Shown here piece after piece: positions 1 through 9,127 of a DNA stretch of 64,000 nt; position 1 is the stretch's first letter, and every line of letters begins with the position of its first letter. The notes under the pieces are model-generated. The model was given only the letters and a program-made list of their open reading frames with translations. It did not search any database and had not been told where the DNA came from. The position numbers and the translations under genes were made by a program. The DNA is taken from UHGV virus genome UHGV-1351068, one strand, 5' to 3'. The stretch comes from a virus.

Positions 1-112
1 TCCCACCCTTTAGCCATCATAGCCTTGGCCACCAGAACCATCGTTGGAGAGATTTCCGGGAGGATTTCCCGGTTGAACCACTCTTCGAAGTTTTCATCGA
101 ACTCAAACTCTT
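1..112 (-). CDS. partial ORF (N-terminal part, continues beyond window start); dexA.1-position hypothetical
   Basis: ATG at 110-112 on minus strand (MEEFEFDENFEEWFNREILPE...), immediately upstream of dexA. Confidence 0.4.
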
Positions 113-115
113 CCA

Positions 116-805
116 TTAGCCACGCCCCTTAGGTAAACTCAGTGGATCGGTATCTTCTGGACTTGGTGCTTCGCTTAGGCCTAGAGCATAGCGTTGAGCA
201 TATTTAAGCATTAGAATATCTTTGGCACAGTCATGGATACTATCATGCGCGATAAATCCATCGAGCGTACCCTTTGGAAGAGGGGTAGTTGTCAGCCCAC
301 GAGTCAGAAGCAGCGATTCAATTGCAGTACGAATGTCACGCTGATTCCAGAACTTGCATGGTTCTTCTTTAAATGTATCAATTTCTTCTTCGGAAATTCC
401 TTGGGCTCGTTGAACATCGCGAAGACAATCAACAAAAATCGGAAAGTCAAAGCTCTGCCCACGACACCAGCCAAAGGAATCCCATGGGTGAATTCCATTA
501 TCAATCAGATATTGCTGGGCTTCTTTAATTCCAGCAATTACTGATAAATCGTCTGGCGTTGAGGCCAGGTTAGCCCGGGCTTCAGCTGATTGTTTCTTCC
601 ACCAATCAAGAGTAGACTTACCAAACAACCGATGACCTTTCTGGGATTTAAGGTCAAACTTAATACGATGACCACGCTTGACCAATTCATCGAAGCTTTC
701 CAGAACTTCAGGGTCAGAATCAAAGGTGATTAGTGCAAGGTCAATCACGGAAGAGCTTGACACATTTCCGAATGTTTCAAAATCAATAATAAAGTCTTTA
801 GCCAT
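116..805 (-). CDS. dexA: exonuclease A (DnaQ-like 3'-5' exonuclease), T4 DexA ortholog
   Basis: 229 aa; DFETFG exo motif I; size/position vs T4 dexA (227 aa) next to dda. Confidence 0.8.
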   Translation of the reverse strand: MAKDFIIDFETFGNVSSSSVIDLALITFDSDPEVLESFDELVKRGHRIKFDLKSQKGHRLFGKSTLDWWKKQSAEARANLASTPDDLSVIAGIKEAQQYLIDNGIHPWDSFGWCRGQSFDFPIFVDCLRDVQRAQGISEEEIDTFKEEPCKFWNQRDIRTAIESLLLTRGLTTTPLPKGTLDGFIAHDSIHDCAKDILMLKYAQRYALGLSEAPSPEDTDPLSLPKGRG

Positions 806-1052
806 TTTGAGCCTCTAGCATAAATTTAATTTCGCGTAACTGGCAACCAATATATTCGCTCAGATACACCTTTGGGTCATATCCTGTAAACCAAGTGATA
901 GCATTAGCGTTATCTGCTATATCACGAAGCTCATTCAGAACTGTATCAATTTTAATGTTAATAGCACGCTTAACGTTATCTGGTGCTTCAAACTTAGATT
1001 CTTGTAAGCCAACAATCATTGTTTGAAGGTCTTCTAATTTCAATTCAAACAT
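798..1052 (-). CDS. hypothetical protein (84 aa)
   Basis: minus-strand ORF packed between dexA and dda. Confidence 0.5.
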   Translation of the reverse strand: MFELKLEDLQTMIVGLQESKFEAPDNVKRAINIKIDTVLNELRDIADNANAITWFTGYDPKVYLSEYIGCQLREIKFMLEAQNG

Positions 1053-1058
1053 ATTACC

Positions 1059-2390
1059 TCACACATAAAATACATCATATCGACCTCGGGTAGTACCAAC
1101 ATATAATAACTGCTGTGCGAGAGAAGCATCTGCCATGTGAATGCATGGAGTATAAATGAAGCTTCTGTCAATTGAGATACCCTGGGCCTTATGGAAAGTT
1201 GAAGCCGGCAATGCTTTCACTTTATGGAACTTGCGCTTGGCATCCCAAAATTCAGACCAAGGAGCTTTACCTCCTTTATTCCAATTCTTATATGTATCTG
1301 CAGTTTTTGCCAAGAAGAATTGAAATTTATTCATTTCTTCTTCGGATGAGATGACACAGATTTTCTCTCTAGCGTACTCTTCATCGTCGCCATAGGTTTC
1401 AATATCTAATACCCAATGACGAACCAGATATTCACCTGGAACACCTCTGGCACCCAAAAATGTGGTGGTTTCAACTGCGTCTAATATGCGAACAAACTGA
1501 CCATTATTGAAAAGAATTTCGCTGAATTTCTTCCCTTCAAATTTAAGTTCCTTGGTAAGAGGTTCTTGCATAACAACAATCTCACCTACTACGAATGGTC
1601 GGTCAGTTTCGTATATTCTTCGTCTGATTATTTCGTTCAGTTTATCAACAGATTTATTCGTGAACGCAAGCATTCTGTTTTCAAATAAATCTTCTGGGGT
1701 TTTAACTAAATTAAAATAATTTAGCATAAAATCTTTAAGGGCAGTTCCTTTCGTAAAACCACGGACACCATGACCATCAACTACACAGTCACGAATCCAT
1801 CCACCATTTCTGATTTCGGTAGCGACTTCAATGATTGGGGCATTACTCCGCATCACCTCGGTCAAATGAAGCTGTAAGAAATCTTTATGAGTGAAGAATG
1901 GACTCAATGCAGGTTCATTACTTCCAGGTTCTACTGGACGAATTTGAGCCTTATCACCAATGGCAATGACAATACACCATGCAGGAATAGTTGCCATCAA
2001 AATCTTAAACAGCTTACGGTCATACATTGAAGCTTCATCACAGATGAGAACTCGAATAGATGCCATATCCGGAACTTTCTTCTGCTCAAACAGCACGTTT
2101 TCTTCATATGTCGTCGGGTTAATTTTCAGAAGACTATGAATAGTACTGGCTTGCATTCCACTGAGCTTAGATAAAACCTTTTTGGCCCCATGCGTAGGTG
2201 CTGCCAACGCAATTCCAGAGATACCCTGAGAAATCAAAGCATCAATGATAAATTTAGTTAAAGTTGTTTTACCTGTACCGGCAGGTCCATTAATCGTAAT
2301 GTGTTGTCCTTTAGCTCCTTGTTTGACCATTTCAATGACTTTATTAAAAATCGCTTTTTGACTTTCTTTTAATTGGTCAAACGTAATCAT
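1059..2390 (-). CDS. dda: Dda DNA helicase (SF1B)
   Basis: 443 aa; Walker A GPAGTGKTT; clear resemblance to T4 Dda as I recall it, incl. conserved C-terminus GTTRGRYDVFYV. Confidence 0.95.
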   Translation of the reverse strand: MITFDQLKESQKAIFNKVIEMVKQGAKGQHITINGPAGTGKTTLTKFIIDALISQGISGIALAAPTHGAKKVLSKLSGMQASTIHSLLKINPTTYEENVLFEQKKVPDMASIRVLICDEASMYDRKLFKILMATIPAWCIVIAIGDKAQIRPVEPGSNEPALSPFFTHKDFLQLHLTEVMRSNAPIIEVATEIRNGGWIRDCVVDGHGVRGFTKGTALKDFMLNYFNLVKTPEDLFENRMLAFTNKSVDKLNEIIRRRIYETDRPFVVGEIVVMQEPLTKELKFEGKKFSEILFNNGQFVRILDAVETTTFLGARGVPGEYLVRHWVLDIETYGDDEEYAREKICVISSEEEMNKFQFFLAKTADTYKNWNKGGKAPWSEFWDAKRKFHKVKALPASTFHKAQGISIDRSFIYTPCIHMADASLAQQLLYVGTTRGRYDVFYV

Positions 2391-2701
2391 GCCACTTTTA
2401 CCCTCACTACATGTAGATTTTTAATTTTTGCTTTGAGTTTTTCGCGCTCAACATCGCTAAGTGGTTCATACACTAGCTCAGTTGTTTTCCACCAAAGCAT
2501 TCCTTTGGTTTTGCTTTTCCCAGTAAAATTCCCTTTTGCTAATTTGTCTGTTAAAACCGACATTGTACGAATCCGTGCTTTATTGGCTGATTCTTCATTA
2601 GTGAAGACCACACATCGTTCTCCATCGTACATATCAGTTGTGACTGGATGGTCAAATCCGTCTTTATCCTTATACGCTACTACATATCCATAGTGTTGCA
2701 T
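2387..2701 (-). CDS. hypothetical protein, dda.1-position
   Basis: 104 aa ORF, start overlaps dda stop. Confidence 0.5.
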   Translation of the reverse strand: MQHYGYVVAYKDKDGFDHPVTTDMYDGERCVVFTNEESANKARIRTMSVLTDKLAKGNFTGKSKTKGMLWWKTTELVYEPLSDVEREKLKAKIKNLHVVRVKVA

Positions 2702-3456
2702 TACATTTTACCTCTCAAAAGTTGGAAGAAGGACGCAGTCAATGGAAGACCTTTTTTCAATTTTAACTTATCTAACATTGAGCATTTTTCTAACCGACGA
2801 AGTGAGCTAACAATTAGCCGTATTGATTGTACACGGATTTCAGCATCTGATGGACGATTCGGAACTGACGCTAAAATAGCAGATAACTTACGCTCAACTT
2901 TAGCTAATTCAGATTTACCACCGCTGATACGAGTTCTCAATGCATTAATAAGTTCTAAATCAGCCGAGGTTGCAGTTCCATTCTTTTCTTTTTGCACAAA
3001 TTGAGAAAGATGATTTTCACGATTGTGTAAGTTAGTTTTAATTGATGCGATAGTTTTTTCATACTCACGAATCTTTTCCCAACGAGAAGCTTCTTTATCA
3101 CTTGTTGGCTTAACAGAATCTGAAGAACGAACTATGCGTGCTGCGATTTCATTCGCTTTTCGCTCAAGTCCTTCAATAGTGTTATTTCCACGTAAAGTAT
3201 TATACTTTTGCTTGACAGGAATAACATTCCCCACTACATATCCTAAATCATTATTCCAGCGTTCAAGAGTCATGCTGTCAGGATGATTTCCTTTGACGGT
3301 GCCAAACTTTTCACCTGAGTATGCGCAATGAGTCTGTTGCATGATGTTAAACAGATACTCGGGAGTAAGATTGAACTCCTTGTGCCGACGTTGGGCAGAA
3401 CCTAAAGTTGTAATCAGACGAGTATAAACTTTAGCAGTTTCAGCAGTGAATTTCAT
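2701..3456 (-). CDS. srd: Srd-like (sigma-70-like decoy) protein
   Basis: 251 aa, same size and position as T4 srd between dda.1 and mod genes. Confidence 0.55.
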   Translation of the reverse strand: MKFTAETAKVYTRLITTLGSAQRRHKEFNLTPEYLFNIMQQTHCAYSGEKFGTVKGNHPDSMTLERWNNDLGYVVGNVIPVKQKYNTLRGNNTIEGLERKANEIAARIVRSSDSVKPTSDKEASRWEKIREYEKTIASIKTNLHNRENHLSQFVQKEKNGTATSADLELINALRTRISGGKSELAKVERKLSAILASVPNRPSDAEIRVQSIRLIVSSLRRLEKCSMLDKLKLKKGLPLTASFFQLLRGKM

Positions 3457-3535
3457 TATGTTTTCCTCAAAATGCTTTCGTCTTACGGACGGTATAATGG
3501 GTCTAGGTCCCTAGTTCTAGATAATCACTAGTTGA

Positions 3536-4225
3536 CTAAGCTATAGTAACACTAAAGTAGTCCATAAGTAAACCAGATTTTTCAACTTTGTTATGACCCA
3601 CCACTTTGAACTTAGTTCCCATCGGTAGCATCCTTTCTTGTTCTTTATCAATCATCTCGATGTCAGCGCTTCTGCGCTGAGCAATGTTATCAATCACGTC
3701 ATTTGGTCGCATGAATTCAGAATCTGGTGCAGTAATTAAAAGCGATTTCATGTTGGTATGATAATCAAATGATTGATGGCAATTATTGACTTCAATGACT
3801 ACAAATGTCGAGTAATGCCATTTGCCTGCAAACTCTCGGGCGATCGTTTCATCTGTTGTGAATGACGCCACCTTTCCAAAGTCAAATTGCTCTCCTTTAA
3901 TAAGAGCGTCATAAAAGGCTTTAGCCTCACGGCATGATAAACCTCTATAGAGAGTGTCTCTGTTATCAATTTGATGACGCCTAACGATAGAGTCAAGTTT
4001 CTTATGAAATTCTTCGCCAATCTTATTGTTCATGCACTGCCACAGAATTGACTGTTCTTTGCAGTCAAAACGATTAGCTAATGCTTCCCACACGCTTAAA
4101 TCATATAAGGGTAATCCTTTGCTTTCTCGCGCGAAGTTAAGAACATCAATGGAACGAATGGGTTCTTCGATAGGAATAACCTTTGATAATTTTACTGAAA
4201 TAGATGGGTTTAATAAAATAGCCAT
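3536..4225 (-). CDS. ADP-ribosyltransferase, ModA/ModB-like
   Basis: R-S-E ART motifs: TLYRG, SFTTD, EQE; T4 mod position. Start set to internal ATG at 4225 (GGAG RBS 7 nt upstream) because the early promoter -10 overlaps the longer ORF start at 4258. Confidence 0.7.
   Translation of the reverse strand: MAILLNPSISVKLSKVIPIEEPIRSIDVLNFARESKGLPLYDLSVWEALANRFDCKEQSILWQCMNNKIGEEFHKKLDSIVRRHQIDNRDTLYRGLSCREAKAFYDALIKGEQFDFGKVASFTTDETIAREFAGKWHYSTFVVIEVNNCHQSFDYHTNMKSLLITAPDSEFMRPNDVIDNIAQRRSADIEMIDKEQERMLPMGTKFKVVGHNKVEKSGLLMDYFSVTIA
3541..3573 (-). promoter_or_regulatory. early promoter (conserved family), srd
   Basis: minus strand GTTTAC -N19- TACTATAG. Confidence 0.5.
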
Positions 4226-4251
4226 GATATTCTCCATTTTGGTTACGAGAG

Positions 4252-4283
4252 GTATCATATCATGGCTTTTTAGAAGAGTAAAC
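4252..4283 (-). promoter_or_regulatory. early promoter (family variant), mod gene
   Basis: AAAAAGTAGTTTAC -N18- TATGATAC. Confidence 0.45.
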
Positions 4284-4295
4284 TACTTTGTGAAA

Positions 4296-4496
4296 TTATT
4301 TTGCCCACGGAGACCAGGGCGGCGGGTCAGACCAGATTGAAGCTAGTTCATCTAGAAGAGCTTCTGGGGCTTTAATACCATACTTCTGTATAATTATACG
4401 GTATTCGTCTTTGATGTCCTTAGAAATCACTGGATGAACTTGAACCTCTTCCTGAGGCTCTTCCATCATTTCAAACAAATCCATCACATGAACCAC
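4296..4496 (-). CDS. hypothetical protein (66 aa)
   Basis: minus ORF in mrh.x position. Confidence 0.4.
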   Translation of the reverse strand: MVHVMDLFEMMEEPQEEVQVHPVISKDIKDEYRIIIQKYGIKAPEALLDELASIWSDPPPWSPWAK

Positions 4497-4993
4497 TCAG
4501 TATTGCGATACAGACAACTACTGCTGTTATATCCATCAGCTGCTTTTTGCAACAGCGGGCTTGGAGCAAGTTTGATAAAATCTGCGCCCATATATAACCA
4601 AACTAACTTAGTAAATTCTATTAGAGAATCTGTGCTATCAATGATAATCTTTTTGCCTCTTGAAATTATGTCATTTTCGTATTCATATAAGCTAGTTTCA
4701 TGACATACATTGGTGTATCCTTTCAAGTGGAGAGCATGCAGTATAGAAACAGGACTTCCTGGAACTGTATCTACGTCAAAGACATGAGCAGTCTTAATAA
4801 TGCCATAATCTTCAGAAGGACACCAACCAAACGCCTCGAATTTATTAATTAAGTCTTTGAAATCTTTGTCGAACGTACTGTATAGAGCAACAGTAAAAAT
4901 TCTATCTTGGTCAAGACGCAAAACTCCATTTGCATCACTTCTTGATTGAACTGCACGTTGTAAACTTACTTTATAGATTTTTGCGTTTGCCAC
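4484..4993 (-). CDS. hypothetical protein (169 aa), mrh-position
   Basis: minus ORF between mod and soc as T4 mrh. Confidence 0.5.
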   Translation of the reverse strand: MANAKIYKVSLQRAVQSRSDANGVLRLDQDRIFTVALYSTFDKDFKDLINKFEAFGWCPSEDYGIIKTAHVFDVDTVPGSPVSILHALHLKGYTNVCHETSLYEYENDIISRGKKIIIDSTDSLIEFTKLVWLYMGADFIKLAPSPLLQKAADGYNSSSCLYRNTEWFM

Positions 4994-5162
4994 AAAGAGC
5001 TCCTTCAGTCATGTTATTGTCTTCAAACCATTTATCATTTGCTTTAATTAAAGCTGGAGCTGCTTTAAGCAATAACGCAGCAGCTCTTACACCTCTGTAC
5101 CAACAATCAAAATGAGACTTCTTTAATGGTGATTGATACCAGGGCTTAGTATAACATATCAT
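4971..5162 (-). CDS. hypothetical small protein (63 aa)
   Basis: ORF only. Confidence 0.3.
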   Translation of the reverse strand: MICYTKPWYQSPLKKSHFDCWYRGVRAAALLLKAAPALIKANDKWFEDNNMTEGALCGKRKNL

Positions 5163-5214
5163 TTTGTTCTCCTCAGTTAGTAGGAATAATATACTATTCC
5201 CAGTATAGCATAAA

Positions 5215-5232
5215 AGGACTCCCGAAGGAGTC
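5215..5232 (-). terminator. UUCG-tetraloop hairpin terminator after soc
   Basis: GGACTCC-TTCG-GGAGTCC on minus strand followed by T-run. Confidence 0.55.
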
Positions 5233-5240
5233 CTTAATTT

Positions 5241-5468
5241 TTATACTTCTTCATCAGCTTCAAACATTTTCGCATTGGTGGTTGCCCAAGTTGCAGCATC
5301 ATCAACTACTGTTGAATAAGCGGCTTTTTCGGATGGGAAAATCTGATACTGTGCATTAGCAATGCGATGTGAGTCAGAATATACCTTAAAAGCTACAGAT
5401 ACTTCAGTACCTTTAACCTCGCCATCAGCAGTTGTATGGTCAAAAGTTTTGATGTTTACGTAAGCCAT
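5241..5468 (-). CDS. soc: small outer capsid protein Soc
   Basis: 75 aa; YVNIKTF...FPSEKAAYSTV matches T4 Soc; late promoter TATAAATA 5497-5504 upstream; terminator hairpin downstream. Confidence 0.9.
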   Translation of the reverse strand: MAYVNIKTFDHTTADGEVKGTEVSVAFKVYSDSHRIANAQYQIFPSEKAAYSTVVDDAATWATTNAKMFEADEEV

Positions 5469-5496
5469 TTTAATCTCCTATTTAGTTTTACAGGAG

Positions 5497-5504
5497 TATT
5501 TATA
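5497..5504 (-). promoter_or_regulatory. T4-type late promoter TATAAATA (soc)
   Basis: exact TATAAATA on minus strand 29 nt upstream of soc ATG. Confidence 0.7.
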
Positions 5505-5636
5505 TAGCTGCTGTAAGCGCCTTTAATATTTCTTTATCAATTTCTCGAGTGATTTCTTCTCGAAGGGCCAATACTAAGGCCCTTTCTTTTTGTTTTCTGA
5601 TAATTTTTAAACGACGCTTAGATATTCTTTTAGCCA

Positions 5637-6158
5637 TCAGTAACCACTGTCTTGACGTTCAAAATTATGTTTGTTTTTCAGATAATACAGTTTAAAGATT
5701 TCTTCTGCATCTAATCCAAGAGCCATGAACATATTCAGAACAAAGTGCAGGATATCAATCATTTCAAACTTGATTTCAAGCTGGTCTTTATCAGACAGGT
5801 CTTTGATATAAGTTTCCTGCATCTTGACATGGTCAGCTTTCCATGGTTTCCACACAGCGCTAGCTGCCTTTTCACCATTACTCATACCGCCGAGAGAAGT
5901 CAGCAGTTCACGGAATTCGTCATCAATGTAATCTTTTTGATTACGCAGCCACTGCACGATATCACCGGCTTGAGCTAATTCGTCAGGATGCATGTTAGTG
6001 CCAGGCTTATCGTTTGCTAGACGAACCTGAAGAGATTTTTGCATATCAAGCATTACTTGCAGAGGGTCACCACCAACTTTGCGTACGATACCTGCGTATC
6101 GAGCTTCAGCTTTATCTGCACCAGCGATCAGTTGACTACATTCGTTAAAGTGTGCCAT
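5637..6158 (-). CDS. 56: dCTP pyrophosphatase gp56 (MazG-like)
   Basis: 173 aa vs T4 gp56 171 aa, position soc-56-61. Confidence 0.8.
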   Translation of the reverse strand: MAHFNECSQLIAGADKAEARYAGIVRKVGGDPLQVMLDMQKSLQVRLANDKPGTNMHPDELAQAGDIVQWLRNQKDYIDDEFRELLTSLGGMSNGEKAASAVWKPWKADHVKMQETYIKDLSDKDQLEIKFEMIDILHFVLNMFMALGLDAEEIFKLYYLKNKHNFERQDSGY

Positions 6159-6224
6159 TATTTTATTCCTTTCAATTAAATTAGATAAATATTATATCAC
6201 TTAACATAAATAGCAGGAGGATTC

Positions 6225-6416
6225 ATGTCTGAAGTGAAACGAGAATGTAAAGACAAAGGAGGATTTGGAAGATATCTTTACATCGGAATCGCCACTGCTG
6301 CTTTAGCTGCATGGAATTATGTGGTAGTTCCATTAGCTAGCACACACGGGCTAGTTCTTCCTCCAATGCCGTTAGAAAAAGTTGTGTCGTTTATTATGAC
6401 TGGAGGATTGCTTTAA
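6225..6416 (+). CDS. hypothetical small membrane protein (63 aa), plus strand
   Basis: only sizeable plus-strand ORF in an intergenic gap; hydrophobic segment; no RBS checked. Confidence 0.25.
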   Translation: MSEVKRECKDKGGFGRYLYIGIATAALAAWNYVVVPLASTHGLVLPPMPLEKVVSFIMTGGLL

Positions 6417-6434
6417 TTTAAGGGGCTTTGGCCC

Positions 6435-7460
6435 CTATATCTTCGCATATTTGTCAAGACGTAATTTAGCCATTAAACCTTGCGATATATTTTGATTAAT
6501 ATAATCCGTTATTTCAGAAGCAGTTGCCCCCTCTTTCATAATCATATCATTTATATCTTTGCTTTTCCAAGGCGACTTATCCCAGAAAACTACCTTTTCA
6601 CCAGCATCTACTAAACGTTTCATACGCTTAATTGTATCAGGATGACGAGGTTCATGGTCCATAATCCATGCTCGGTTATCATGACATGGAACTTGAGCTA
6701 AATCTAAAGACCCGCCAGTGATTGCAATAGCGTTATCAATGAACAACGAATCTATTGGTCCTTCCATGACGAATACGAGTTTTGACTCATCAATGGTGTC
6801 GAGACCATAAATTTTGGTCGCGTGTTCATGGGCTTTGATTGTGATGTATTTTTGTGGAGCATTCTTTCGTAGTGCTCGTCCTTGAAACGACTCAATCTCT
6901 CCTTTCTTGTTGAAGATAGGAATAACCAAACGTGGTTCGTTCGTCTCATTCTTATAGGTTCCTGGATTAACGGAGTTAACAAGAGAAGGCCATTGGTTAG
7001 TAAACCATAACCTTTTCCAAGAAGTGCTTGGAATACATCTGGCAGTCACGTATTTAACTATCGGATGTTCCTTCGGAAGTCTATCTAATCGCTCACAGAA
7101 ATTAAGTTTTTCTATTACGGGGAGTTTTGCATTAATTTTCTCAGACGGTTCTACAGCCTTTGGCTTATCAAAGACTTGTTCCTTTCTTTTCTCAAGAAGA
7201 TACTCTCGATAGAGATCGGGTTCATTATCTTTAAGATATTGTGATAGCCACTTATTATACTCACAGTTGAAGCAATGGCAGCGTAATCCTTGACCCGCAT
7301 CAAAAATCCAGAATCGTGCTTTATTGATATCTTTCTGTGAGTCACCACAAATTGGGCAACGGCAGTTTAACTTGAATGTTGAAGATGTAGTAACGTGTCT
7401 AAATTTAGGTAGGTGAGATATTGCGCGGATAGCGAATTCGTTATCAACCCAGCTTGACAT
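6435..7460 (-). CDS. 61: DNA primase gp61
   Basis: 341 aa; N-terminal Zn finger CRCPICGDS...CHCFNC; TOPRIM-like core; T4 gp61 342 aa. Confidence 0.9.
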   Translation of the reverse strand: MSSWVDNEFAIRAISHLPKFRHVTTSSTFKLNCRCPICGDSQKDINKARFWIFDAGQGLRCHCFNCEYNKWLSQYLKDNEPDLYREYLLEKRKEQVFDKPKAVEPSEKINAKLPVIEKLNFCERLDRLPKEHPIVKYVTARCIPSTSWKRLWFTNQWPSLVNSVNPGTYKNETNEPRLVIPIFNKKGEIESFQGRALRKNAPQKYITIKAHEHATKIYGLDTIDESKLVFVMEGPIDSLFIDNAIAITGGSLDLAQVPCHDNRAWIMDHEPRHPDTIKRMKRLVDAGEKVVFWDKSPWKSKDINDMIMKEGATASEITDYINQNISQGLMAKLRLDKYAKI

Positions 7461-8095
7461 TATGCTCTCCTGAAATGGTCTATAATTTTTTGATATACTA
7501 TATCAGGATATCCATTAGCAACCGATATTCTTCTAAATTTTACATATCCTGGCATTCCTGAATCAATCCAGAGCTTCTTCAATTCGTCATAGTATTTCCA
7601 CTGTGGTCCACGCTTAATAGATGACATCAGTGCAGATATTTCAGGTCTTTTCTTCCCATACATTGAATTTCCTTCACCACTACGTTTTAACGACCACATT
7701 TCCTTGTTTTCATTGGAGTGATGTTTACCATAAAACGGATTTCCTTTGCCAGTCCTAGCTTCCGATTGGGATTTAGAATATTCAGTCCTTACCCAAGAAT
7801 ACATTTTATTATTTCGTATGGTGTACTTCGCATTAATTGTCATGTTTCTAGCTGCTAAAACTAGAGAATGGTAAAATCTTTTGTTGGGGTGATTTTTATA
7901 TATTTTGATGAGAAGTTGGTGCGCCAAATAGTGTTCTGCCGCGGTAAGTAATACCTTGTTATCGTCTGTATTAATTCCTCCAATACAGCTTGGAATTATA
8001 TGATGGTATTCTGTGTATGCATCAATACTTGATTTATCTAATCCTCTTAGCTTAGATTTAGAAATCAAATTATCATATATTTTTTGATAATTCAT
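7460..8095 (-). mobile_element. free-standing HNH homing endonuclease with NUMOD3 repeats (Mob-like)
   Basis: HNH core EYHHIIPS...N...N...AEHYLAH; two NUMOD3-like repeats GNPFYGKHHS / NSMYGKKRP; inserted between gene 61 and sp where T4 has only tiny 61.x ORFs. Confidence 0.75.
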
Positions 8096-8134
8096 ATTAT
8101 ATTCCTCTGGCCTTAAACTAATAAGGCCATTGTA

Positions 8135-8302
8135 TCACGTTTCAGGTTTTGATTTATCTCGCTTTTTCTTTGGGAGAGTTTCTGGGCCTTTATTTACTAC
8201 TGCGCCCGAAGTAGTGCCTGATGCAATGTTCTGAGGATTACCGCCGGTATCGCCAGCAACCATTTCCTCATTAAGTTTAACAAACTCTTTAAATGTTTTC
8301 AT
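8135..8302 (-). CDS. small hypothetical protein (55 aa) MKTFKEFVKLNEE...
   Basis: hand-translated minus ORF below the 60-aa track cutoff; N-terminus resembles the T4 capsid targeting sequence MKTYQEF. Confidence 0.3.
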   Translation of the reverse strand: MKTFKEFVKLNEEMVAGDTGGNPQNIASGTTSGAVVNKGPETLPKKKRDKSKPET

Positions 8303-8314
8303 AGAGCCTCCAAA

Positions 8315-8533
8315 CTATTTATTATTTCCACCATCAATACGAATACACTTGTACGTAGTGTAGACTGATGGTGAACCGAACCCGGAATCGGCTTTGATGC
8401 CAGTAAATTGTTTTCCCGCATCTTCACATTTCTGAGCCAGAGAAGACTCGTTCATTCCTGTGAATGATAACTTTTCAGTAGAAACACCGCCGGCACCAGT
8501 CATTATAGCAATTACTAATACGTATGTAATCAT
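8315..8533 (-). CDS. hypothetical protein (72 aa)
   Basis: ORF, start overlaps sp stop. Confidence 0.45.
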   Translation of the reverse strand: MITYVLVIAIMTGAGGVSTEKLSFTGMNESSLAQKCEDAGKQFTGIKADSGFGSPSVYTTYKCIRIDGGNNK

Positions 8534-8823
8534 CCGAGAATCCAGCTTGCAATTGTGAAGTTATCAAAATTAGCATCGCAGTACAGAGCATAGTTCAGTT
8601 TAATTGCTGCGCCATCATTGGAGATTTCTGCCTGAACTTCTTTCATCTTGCTTGGGTCAGTGTTCTCGACGATATGGTCTACGTCAGCACGAATCTGTTC
8701 AACAACTTCGCTTTCATCAGCAGTCATTGACCACTCACAGAGGTCTTTATCATAGTTCGCTAGCGCCGGAACGGCTGAGCAGGATGATACTGCGAAGATT
8801 AAAGCAAGTGCAATCTTTTTCAT
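8530..8823 (-). CDS. sp: spackle periplasmic protein Sp
   Basis: 97 aa with signal peptide MKKIALALIFAVSSCSAVPALA, same length and position as T4 sp (61.3). Confidence 0.75.
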   Translation of the reverse strand: MKKIALALIFAVSSCSAVPALANYDKDLCEWSMTADESEVVEQIRADVDHIVENTDPSKMKEVQAEISNDGAAIKLNYALYCDANFDNFTIASWILG

Positions 8824-8852
8824 TTCGGTTTCCTCAATTTGTTTCAGTAAGG

Positions 8853-8884
8853 CTATAGTAACATGGCCAAACTTAAAAGTAAAC
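8853..8884 (-). promoter_or_regulatory. early promoter (family), sp
   Basis: GTTTAC -N18- TACTATAG on minus strand. Confidence 0.55.
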
Positions 8885-9117
8885 TATCTTTTGAATAATT
8901 TTTCGAGGACTTCGTCGGATGTCAAATTCTTGGTTGGAAGGTATATCGCAGAGTTAACCCAGATACCTTCGTCATTATATGCCTTAACTTCACCATAGTC
9001 ATATGAAGATAAATCTGCTTTGTTGTAAGCTATGACTCCACGATGGACGCTATCAGACGCCGTCACCACAAAGGAGCGACCTGATTGGTCGCGAATTACG
9101 CTAAACACAAAAATCAT
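8884..9117 (-). CDS. hypothetical protein (77 aa), 61.4/dmd-position
   Basis: ORF directly downstream of gene 41. Confidence 0.45.
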   Translation of the reverse strand: MIFVFSVIRDQSGRSFVVTASDSVHRGVIAYNKADLSSYDYGEVKAYNDEGIWVNSAIYLPTKNLTSDEVLEKLFKR

Positions 9118-9127
9118 AAAATTTACC

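Noticed and set aside
233-544. Plus-strand ORFs embedded in minus-strand genes (e.g. 233-544, 1172-1354, 2373-2693, 2648-3004, 14351-14650, 56248-56775)
   Set aside because: All lie antisense within well-supported T4-ortholog genes on the minus strand, have no RBS or promoter context, and the whole region is transcribed leftward. Treated as spurious.
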